NCBI GenBank assembly: GCA_022564515.1
Contig: JADFLH010000002.1
Location: 25,007 to 57,006, forward strand
Direction: 5' to 3'
Length of the DNA: 32,000 nucleotides
From: Nitrososphaerota archaeon
GTDB taxonomy: Archaea > Thermoproteota > Nitrososphaeria > Nitrososphaerales > Nitrosopumilaceae
In this document: in pieces, positions 17,854 to 24,242 of the stretch
How the letters are laid out: every line of letters begins with the position of its first letter
Position numbering within the stretch: the stretch's first letter is position 1
Position numbers and translations under genes: made by a program
Notes under the pieces: generated by a model
Database searches by the model: none
What the model was told of the DNA's origin: nothing
Seen by the model: only the letters and a program-made list of their open reading frames with translations

Positions 17854-18813
17854 TTGGGGAGTTTATTATTGCTCATACATCTAGCTTTATCATTACTCGT
17901 TTTACCAGCAGCTTTTGGGGAAGAGTCTAGTGGTATGATTATCAACGAGCTTGAACTAAATCCGCCTCCAGGGGAAGCTCAATGGATAGAACTGTATAAT
18001 CCAACCACATCTTCAGCTTCTTTGAACTCTCTTGAATTATTGTCCGTCGATGGTGAAAAAGTCAAAAAAAGATTCAGTCTTTCACCTATCTTCCAGGAAA
18101 ACATCAAACCCGGGGAATACTATGTAGTACAAATAGGGGAACCGCAAAATAATTTCTTTGACTATAGACTTAATTCATTTGTTTTATCGGATGGACAAAC
18201 AACTTTAGATTCTGTACGTGGGTTAAGTGATGAACTTGCAAATGAACGGACTTGGCAGCGCTTTCCAGATGGTGGAGATACGGGAGAATTCAAGGATTGG
18301 ACTTTTAGACCAGCTACAAAGGGGACAGAAAATAGCGACGTAATGACACTTGTTGCCGAGTGTTACCTCAATCCATTCTGCTGGGGGGCACTAGATGTAT
18401 TTATGCACAGAGCACATATCGTAAAAGTAGAAGATGTTCAGTTTTCGATTGGCACATTTTATGATCCCACTTTACTTAGGGTATACTTAATTCCTGAAGA
18501 AAAAAAAATTACAATAAAGAAACCATTAGTAGACTTGGCTCAGGGGGATAGACCTGCATTTATGCACGTAACAATACCTATTGAACTTTTGAGTGGGACC
18601 TATTCTGTCAATTCTGAAAAGGGTCCACTGCCTTTTGAACAAATAGATAATGGAACCCACTCTCGGTTGATAATAGGAGGGCTTTCACACGAAAGCTTGA
18701 TTGAAATAACCGGGACAGTGATTGTTCCTGAATTTTCACTTGGCACGCTAATGCCAATGGTGGCTGCAATTTTTCTAGTCATATTGTTAAAGCAGAGATT
18801 TTGGAAATATTGA
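17854..18813 (+). CDS. Secreted lamin-tail-domain (LTD) protein with a PEFG-CTERM-like anchor
   Basis: Signal peptide (LLLLIHLALSLLVLPAAFG). LTD motif INELELNPPPGEAQWIELYNPT...L.SLELLS. C-terminal VPEFSLGTLMPMVAAIFLVILLKQRFWKY. TTG start; the exact start is uncertain. Confidence 0.8.
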   Translation: MGSLLLLIHLALSLLVLPAAFGEESSGMIINELELNPPPGEAQWIELYNPTTSSASLNSLELLSVDGEKVKKRFSLSPIFQENIKPGEYYVVQIGEPQNNFFDYRLNSFVLSDGQTTLDSVRGLSDELANERTWQRFPDGGDTGEFKDWTFRPATKGTENSDVMTLVAECYLNPFCWGALDVFMHRAHIVKVEDVQFSIGTFYDPTLLRVYLIPEEKKITIKKPLVDLAQGDRPAFMHVTIPIELLSGTYSVNSEKGPLPFEQIDNGTHSRLIIGGLSHESLIEITGTVIVPEFSLGTLMPMVAAIFLVILLKQRFWKY

Positions 18814-18938
18814 GGTTCTCATAAGAAAACATGTTTTGGTCAAGCTGTATAACACCTGTAAGAAATTTTCATCTTGTCAAGAAATTTTTATGTCTTGAAT
18901 TATTCAGCGCATTATTGTTATGTGTTTGATTGTACTGC

Positions 18939-18986
18939 GATCTAAATATTGATCGGTCGATCTAAATCGATCATGTAGATCTAAAT
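18939..18986 (+). repeat. Three exact direct copies of GATCTAAAT (starting at 18939, 18959, 18978) interleaved with further GATC sites, upstream of cynS
   Basis: Read directly: gcGATCTAAATattGATCggtcGATCTAAATcGATCatgtaGATCTAAATaaag. A TATA-like TATAATA at about 19011 follows, 29-36 nt before the ATG at 19047. Confidence 0.85.
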
Positions 18987-19046
18987 AAAGTAGCAATCCC
19001 AAAAAAAGAGTATAATACTACTTGATCGATTACACTATTGAGCAAT

Positions 19047-19598
19047 ATGGCAGATTTAGTAGTAACAGATGAAACCATAATGGCCGCAAAACTTGCTATG
19101 GAAGCAAAAGGATACAATTACACAGGCGCTGGCGGGAAGAAATCACTGGCAGCAGTCATTAAGAGAAATCCTGTATTCTTAGCTGCAGCAATAAATGGAG
19201 TGCAAAGACTTACAACCTCTGATGCGGACGCGATCGCAAATACTCTTGGCCTTTCGGCACAACAAAAGGCAGAGTACAATCGCCACCCAAGGAGAAAATT
19301 CTCAGCATTGCCAAATGATCCATTCAATTACAGATTGATAGAGGTCATAGCAAACTATGGGGATCCCGTAAGAGAGATTGTCAATGAATTGTTCAATGAC
19401 TTCACCCTCCCAGGAAGTGGAGATTCAGGACGTGGTGGAGACGGAATAATGAGTGCAATTGACTTTAGTTACCACGTCTTTAGACGTACAGAAGGTAACC
19501 AAATACCTGAAACAATATTACAAGAAGCAGATCCAAAGATGAACAACAGATGCACCATATTAATGGACGGCAAGTGGCTAAACTTCAAAGCATTCTAG
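19047..19598 (+). CDS. cynS: Cyanase (cyanate hydratase / cyanate lyase)
   Basis: Compared from memory with E. coli CynS: PNDPFNYRLIEVIANYG vs PTDPTMYRFYEMLQVYG, GDGIMSAIDF vs GDGIISAINF, and the C-terminal MDGKWLNFKAF vs LDGKYLPTKPF. The catalytic Arg, Glu and Ser are all present. The ATG at 19047 is preferred over the TTG at 19038. Confidence 0.85.
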   Translation: MADLVVTDETIMAAKLAMEAKGYNYTGAGGKKSLAAVIKRNPVFLAAAINGVQRLTTSDADAIANTLGLSAQQKAEYNRHPRRKFSALPNDPFNYRLIEVIANYGDPVREIVNELFNDFTLPGSGDSGRGGDGIMSAIDFSYHVFRRTEGNQIPETILQEADPKMNNRCTILMDGKWLNFKAF

Positions 19599-19643
19599 CA
19601 AAAAAGTAAAGCGGTTATAACCAAACTTTCCCTTTTTTTATTT

Positions 19644-19805
19644 TCAACAATCGGTAAGAAGGTGTCCGATAAATTTCAAACCAATTGTTAAATCGAGATC
19701 CCCAAAAGGATTTTTACATTTGCAACGAACCTACATTCCTTTTACTTGGTTTGCTTTGGGATTTTTTGTCACACGATATTTTATTGTTTTAAGATTGCAT
19801 TTCAT
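19644..19805 (-). pseudogene. Small Cys-rich reading frame interrupted by an in-frame TAG (19731..19733)
   Basis: My own translation gives MKCNLKTIKYRVTKNPKANQVKGM*VRCKCKNPFGDLDLTIGLKFIGHLLTDC*. It shares the CNLKTI motif with the neighbouring small ORF. Confidence 0.25.
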
Positions 19806-19832
19806 TCTTTGGGCAGATAAACCATTCCAGTT

Positions 19833-19994
19833 TCAATCTTCCACCGCTTTCCACTTTTTGCAACAAAAATAATACATTGTTCCTCTTGGTTCTTTACCCT
19901 CTTCAAAATATGATCCTACTCCTTGTAATCTCATTGGCTTACCGCATTCATCACAAATTGTTTCCTTTTCTTTGATTTCTTCTATTGTTTTCAA
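19833..19994 (-). CDS. Small zinc-ribbon-like protein (about 53 aa) with a putative TTG start overlapping the upstream stop
   Basis: My own translation gives (M)KTIEEIKEKETICDECGKPMRLQGVGSYFEEGKEPRGTMYYFCCKKWKAVED*. It has a CxxC ... CC pattern. The TTG at 19994..19992 overlaps the TGA at 19993..19991 of the 94-aa ORF. No ATG occurs before Met21, so this may instead be a frameshifted remnant. Confidence 0.3.
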   Translation of the reverse strand: MKTIEEIKEKETICDECGKPMRLQGVGSYFEEGKEPRGTMYYFCCKKWKAVED

Positions 19995-20275
19995 GTTGCA
20001 TCTTCCCTTGCATGAGAACTCGTTACTTCATTGGCTGCACTCCATACCATAGAACAATACCTGCATTTTTCTACATGCTTGGCTAAAAAGACCCCCTCTT
20101 GAAATCGAACGTCTTGTGGACTCAATCCTATTCTATGAGCCAAGTCCTCAACTCTTGCTCTCTTTTCTTCATCCATTTCAACTCCTTCTGCTATTTTTTC
20201 TAAAAGTGGATCATTTCTGAAAACATCTTCTTCATCAAAATTTTCCGAATGCAACAAGATAGAAAAAAGCTCCAT
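19991..20275 (-). CDS. Hypothetical acidic protein (94 aa) with one CxxC
   Basis: Clean ORF with an ATG start. No motif recognised apart from CRYC. Confidence 0.45.
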   Translation of the reverse strand: MELFSILLHSENFDEEDVFRNDPLLEKIAEGVEMDEEKRARVEDLAHRIGLSPQDVRFQEGVFLAKHVEKCRYCSMVWSAANEVTSSHAREDAT

Positions 20276-20620
20276 GAATAAAACATTGGTAATAAAAGGA
20301 ATTAGACAAACTAAGCTCTAACAAAACATATTTTCGACTACCTAGTCAAACGCAGTTTTTCAATCGTAAAAGCGATTAAAATTGCTTATCTACAGGCGTA
20401 AGTTTTCATCTTTCAAACCTGAATGGTCAAAAGTGGGATGCCATTCTCAATTAAATGTCGATCAGTCAACCGATTGCACTAAAGGATCAATCCTCAAGTG
20501 AATAGATCTTTTTTGCTAGGAGTGAAGTCTTTCATAATTTTGTATGGTGGAAAATCTACCTCATTTTACATGTTAAATCATAACTTAAGAATCGAAATAA
20601 ACAAGGGTCTAATTATTTTT

Positions 20621-21556
20621 TTATTTGTTTAACACATTATTTAATTCTAAAATGCTAGACTTTTTCTTTAATTCCTTGATAACTATAATATTGTCATCTA
20701 TCATTGAATGTGTATTTAGCCTAAATTTCATTAGCACATTTAAAAATTCAACTCGTTCTTCAGGATTCAGAGTTTCATTGGCCTCATTTATGAGACCATC
20801 CAGATTTGAAAGTAACATCCTCAGAACTAACAAAGACTTCTTGAATATTTTGATCTGTCGCTTTGGTGACGTATCTTGTTGTGAGGAAGTATTGTAATTA
20901 TAGTCACCAATAACTTGCTCTAACTCTATTTCCTTCTTCGAAGCTTTAGTGATCTCTCTAATGTTCTTAACGGACAAGTTTTCATCAATGATTGCATCTT
21001 TAAGCAATTGTTGGTACCCCTCATCCAGATTAACCAGTTCCATTGCATGAGAAACGCCAAGATTTTTTTGAGATATTTCATATAGGATCTCTTTTGGAAG
21101 TCTAAGTAACTGAATTCTGGCAGAGATGTTTTGCTCGCTTTTGGAAATGACTTTTGCTAGATGAGAAACTCCTCCCCAACCATAGTCCACGATGTATTTC
21201 TTGAAAGCCTCTGCCTCTTCTATAGGATCAAGACTTTTTCTTTGTATATTTTCAACAAGCTGGATTTCAAACGCTGCCTTGTCAGACAGTATCCTAACAA
21301 TACAGGGAATTTTTTTCCACCTTAAGAGTTTACATGCATTATATCTTCGGTGACCTGAAACTATTTCAAAACCTACTTCTGCTGGTCTGACCGTTATGGG
21401 TTGAATAAGGCCATGCTCCCGTATGCTTGCAGCTAATTCCCTTTTTGCATCAACTTGAACAATTAGAGAATTTCCTGTCCTGACTGTTAGCACTGCAGGT
21501 TTTATGCTGCGAATTTCAATGAGGTCTTGAATAGATTGGTCAGTAATAAGGATCAT
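20621..21556 (-). CDS. ParB/Spo0J-like protein (N-terminal ParB/Srx domain, HTH, helical C-terminal region); no ParA partner nearby
   Basis: LAASIREHGLIQPITVRP....FEIVSGHRRYNACKLL is the ParB N-terminal box including the GxRR motif. IQLVENIQRKSLDPIEEAEAF and the HTH-like VSHLAKVISKSEQNISARIQLLRLP follow. Confidence 0.8.
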   Translation of the reverse strand: MILITDQSIQDLIEIRSIKPAVLTVRTGNSLIVQVDAKRELAASIREHGLIQPITVRPAEVGFEIVSGHRRYNACKLLRWKKIPCIVRILSDKAAFEIQLVENIQRKSLDPIEEAEAFKKYIVDYGWGGVSHLAKVISKSEQNISARIQLLRLPKEILYEISQKNLGVSHAMELVNLDEGYQQLLKDAIIDENLSVKNIREITKASKKEIELEQVIGDYNYNTSSQQDTSPKRQIKIFKKSLLVLRMLLSNLDGLINEANETLNPEERVEFLNVLMKFRLNTHSMIDDNIIVIKELKKKSSILELNNVLNK

Positions 21557-22070
21557 TGGTACCCCTCGGTGATGTACTCCACGTCTTTACTCATGTTAAT
21601 TCCAAAAGGTAGTGATATTAATAAACTTAAATTTATTGTTGAGGTCTCCCGATATTTTCCCAACATTATAGATATGCAGGTGTTGTGAAACACAGAAATG
21701 AAATGATGTTTTTTCCAATAAAATAAATTTCATTTAAAATTATAAATCACTAAAACTACGAAAATCCTTCAACAATCAAAGATTCATGCGAAAAGGTCTT
21801 TTTTGGCCAATCTTAATTCCAGTTTTTTGGTTTTTTTAAAAAACTAAATTACACAATATTTTAGTAATAGAAATTATATTTTTTAAGACTCAGTTCTGAA
21901 ATGCCTAAAAATCCAATTCCATGTTTATTTTCATGTGCAAGTTTTTCATATTATTTTTCTTTGATGAAAATTTGGCATTGCTTTTGAATATTCGTTTCTA
22001 CTACGGTAAAAAAACAGAACCTTAAAAGTTAAATCGAAGCCAAAAATATTCTAAGGGTGGAATCAAAGAA

Positions 22071-22193
22071 ATGAAAGACAAGAGTGGAGATGTAAAAAAA
22101 AAGAAACCAGCTTCTAGGAGGTTTTGGATTGTTTATGGGATAGTAGCTATCGGTGGGGCCGCTATACTATACTTATTGGGCTGGGTTATTTGA
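22071..22193 (+). CDS. Small single-TM protein (40 aa), below the ORF-track cut-off
   Basis: My own translation gives MKDKSGDVKKKKPASRRFWIVYGIVAIGGAAILYLLGWVI*, a basic N-terminus plus one TM helix. Confidence 0.3.
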   Translation: MKDKSGDVKKKKPASRRFWIVYGIVAIGGAAILYLLGWVI

Positions 22194-22279
22194 TGGCCAA
22201 AAATCGAGTCCATGTATAAGACCTGATTTTGTACATGAGATGTAGATCTTATATACCGACAGCAAGATTATCTTTTTGA

Positions 22280-23173
22280 TTGGATTACCAAAAATATGAA
22301 AAAATGCCTCTTGAAAGGGAGGTATTGTGGCAAGGTCCAGTAAAAATAGACCAAAGTTTCGTTAAACATCTTTCAGACTCAGACCATCATGAAGATTTTC
22401 AAATATACACAATAAGAGATTCTAAATATCATAAGGAGGATAATGGACAATATGACAACACCGAATTGGTGGGAGATTTTCCTAACACGGTAACAGTAAT
22501 TGTAAAAGGTAAAGAAATTTTGGATTATATGCAGTGTTCCGCATTTAAGGACTATGAATATGTGGAGAGGACTAAGGGATTCTTCTTCAAGGCCGGTGTA
22601 AAAAAAAGGATAGTGGTTAAAGGCTTTGTCCTTGAACCTCTTTCAGATACTAAAGTAGTGGATCATGCATGCTTAGCCTCAATTCAATTCGATAATCAAG
22701 AAACTGGCAACGAAATACAATGGAATTTCGTTCATACGGGACTAACCGATAAATTTGTTTCAGAAAGTGATTTTTTTACTTTGGGGGGATCATTTACTCT
22801 AGAAAAGTTGGGATTGGCAGGGTTCGCCTCAGGCTCTCATGGTTCAACTATCACCTTCGCTACCGACCCCAAACACTCCGCAACAATTGCTTTCGTTGCT
22901 TCAGACTCTAAGCCTTTCACAGTACTCCTTTATTCCAAATACGGAACGAGGAGGCTTACATACACCAATGCTGGGTTGAAGACAGAGGAGTGGAAACCAG
23001 AAGAACTCACAGACCCAGCTCCAAAGTCAGGGCAGTCAGAAGCCTCCAACGATGCGTTAAAGATTCTTAATACTCGACTCGCTAGAGGAGAATTAACGAT
23101 ATACGAGTATGAGGAGCTTCGAAAGGCAATAGAAGGTGAAAATCGCCATTCTTATACTGACTATTGGGCATAA
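22280..23173 (+). CDS. Protein with an uncharacterised beta-rich N-terminal region and a C-terminal SHOCT domain
   Basis: The C-terminal ALKILNTRLARGELTIYEYEELRKAIEG fits the SHOCT pattern (L..L..L...G.I(T)..E(Y/F)...K..L). The TTG at 22280 lies about 25-30 nt downstream of the TATA-like TTATATA at about 22249. The alternative ATG is at 22304. Confidence 0.65.
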   Translation: MDYQKYEKMPLEREVLWQGPVKIDQSFVKHLSDSDHHEDFQIYTIRDSKYHKEDNGQYDNTELVGDFPNTVTVIVKGKEILDYMQCSAFKDYEYVERTKGFFFKAGVKKRIVVKGFVLEPLSDTKVVDHACLASIQFDNQETGNEIQWNFVHTGLTDKFVSESDFFTLGGSFTLEKLGLAGFASGSHGSTITFATDPKHSATIAFVASDSKPFTVLLYSKYGTRRLTYTNAGLKTEEWKPEELTDPAPKSGQSEASNDALKILNTRLARGELTIYEYEELRKAIEGENRHSYTDYWA

Positions 23174-23367
23174 TCAAAACCGAATCATTTCAAATCTTTT
23201 GATATGAAATTGTCATGACTGATATTCTCAATCTGGCAAGTTGTCACAAGGGATGATGTATAACAACTCATCAATCAGGATGGAAATTAATTGGAACCAC
23301 AAAAAACATTTTTGCAAAAACCAACAGATTGCAATTGATTATCCGTCTTCATTTGGGTATTGTATTA

Positions 23368-23562
23368 TTATATTATATTTTGAACGCGTCCTATTTTTCC
23401 ATTGTCCAATTCAACTTTAATTCCATGAGGATGAAAATTACTCGAAGTAAGAATTCTCTTAACTATGCCTTCAATCAAATTTTCGGTACGTTGATCTTGT
23501 TTTTGTACTATCTGTACCTTCACTCCAATTTTTATTTTATCCCTTGAAGGTACAGCACACAC
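23368..23562 (-). CDS. ywbE: YwbE-family (DUF2196) small protein
   Basis: IKIGVKVQIVQKQDQRTENLIEGIVKRILTSSNFHPHGIKVELDNGKIGRV matches the family hallmark (DQ..G.L..G.V..ILT.S..HPHGIKV.L..G..GRV). GTG start. Confidence 0.8.
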   Translation of the reverse strand: MCAVPSRDKIKIGVKVQIVQKQDQRTENLIEGIVKRILTSSNFHPHGIKVELDNGKIGRVQNII

Positions 23563-23642
23563 TGATTTTTGGTACTGATGATGGATTCTAAATCTTTGTT
23601 TTGATAAAATTGCGGAGTTTTGAGAGTTACTCTAAACAATTT

Positions 23643-24242
23643 CTAATTTTGTTTGTGATTTTGGAAACATTCTTTGCAATAAACAGGTCTGTCGTCTTTT
23701 GGCTTGAATGGTATTTGACATTCATTTCCACAGTCACCACAGGTTACGGTAAACATTTCTCTTGGTATGTCGCCTCTTGAACCTCTACTAAACCTGGAAC
23801 CTCTGTCATTTCTACCATAACTCGATACTCTACCATAACTCGATCCTCTGCTAAATCTAGAGCCACCACTACGTTCTTGTGGTTTGTGATTTTGGAAACA
23901 TTCTTTGCAATAAACAGGTCTGTCGTCTTTTGGCTTGAATGGTATTTGACATTCATTTCCACAGTCACCACAGGTTACGGTAAACATTTCACTTGGTCTG
24001 TCGTCTCTTGAACCTCTACTAAACCTGGAACCTCTGTCATTTCTACCATAACTCGATACTCTACCATAACTCGATCCTCTGCTAAATCTAGAGCCACCAC
24101 TACGTTCTTGTGGTTTGTGATTTTGGAAACATTCTTTGCAATAAACAGGTCTGTCGTCTTTTGGCTTGAATGGTATTTGACATTCATTTCCACAGTCACC
24201 ACAGGTTGCGGTAAACATTTCTCTTGGTCTGTTAAATGACAC
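23643..24242 (-). CDS. Protein with three CxxC-x17-CxxC zinc-ribbon modules separated by RG/SY-rich low-complexity linkers
   Basis: The module EMFTVTCGDCGNECQIPFKPKDDRPVYCKECFQNHK occurs three times, separated by ERSGGSRFSRGSSYGRVSSYGRNDRGSRFSRGSR linkers. The start is either GTG 24242 or ATG 24218. Confidence 0.8.
   Translation of the reverse strand: MSFNRPREMFTATCGDCGNECQIPFKPKDDRPVYCKECFQNHKPQERSGGSRFSRGSSYGRVSSYGRNDRGSRFSRGSRDDRPSEMFTVTCGDCGNECQIPFKPKDDRPVYCKECFQNHKPQERSGGSRFSRGSSYGRVSSYGRNDRGSRFSRGSRGDIPREMFTVTCGDCGNECQIPFKPKDDRPVYCKECFQNHKQN
23652..24242. repeat. Tandem DNA repeat with a 231-bp period, about 2.6 copies (23652-23882, 23883-24113, 24114-24242)
   Basis: Compared by eye, units 1 and 2 differ at 3 of 231 positions, all within about 20 nt. 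Unit 3 is identical to unit 2 over its first 94 nt and differs at only 2 positions before the two diverge at the gene's 5' end. Confidence 0.95.

Noticed and set aside
19038-19046. TTG start for cynS as given in the ORF track
   Set aside because: An ATG three codons downstream (19047) sits at a better distance from the TATA-like box. It also gives Arg96/Glu99 numbering identical to E. coli CynS. The TTG is kept only as an alternative.
23174-23367. C/D-box-like elements (GATGATG on the + strand; CTGAtTGATGA on the minus strand) in the spacer after the SHOCT gene
   Set aside because: There are no matching partner boxes at guide-length spacing on either strand.
23744-24202. Two identical-looking 75-aa ORFs (23744..23971 and 23975..24202) in another frame of the tandem repeat
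   Set aside because: They are frame-shifted shadows of the 231-bp repeat. The frame with CxxC-x17-CxxC modules runs uninterrupted through all three units and is the coding one.
23652-24242. Possible CRISPR array, given the highly regular repeats
   Set aside because: The period is 231 bp with no unique spacers, since the whole unit repeats. The repeats lie inside one continuous ORF, and no cas genes are present.
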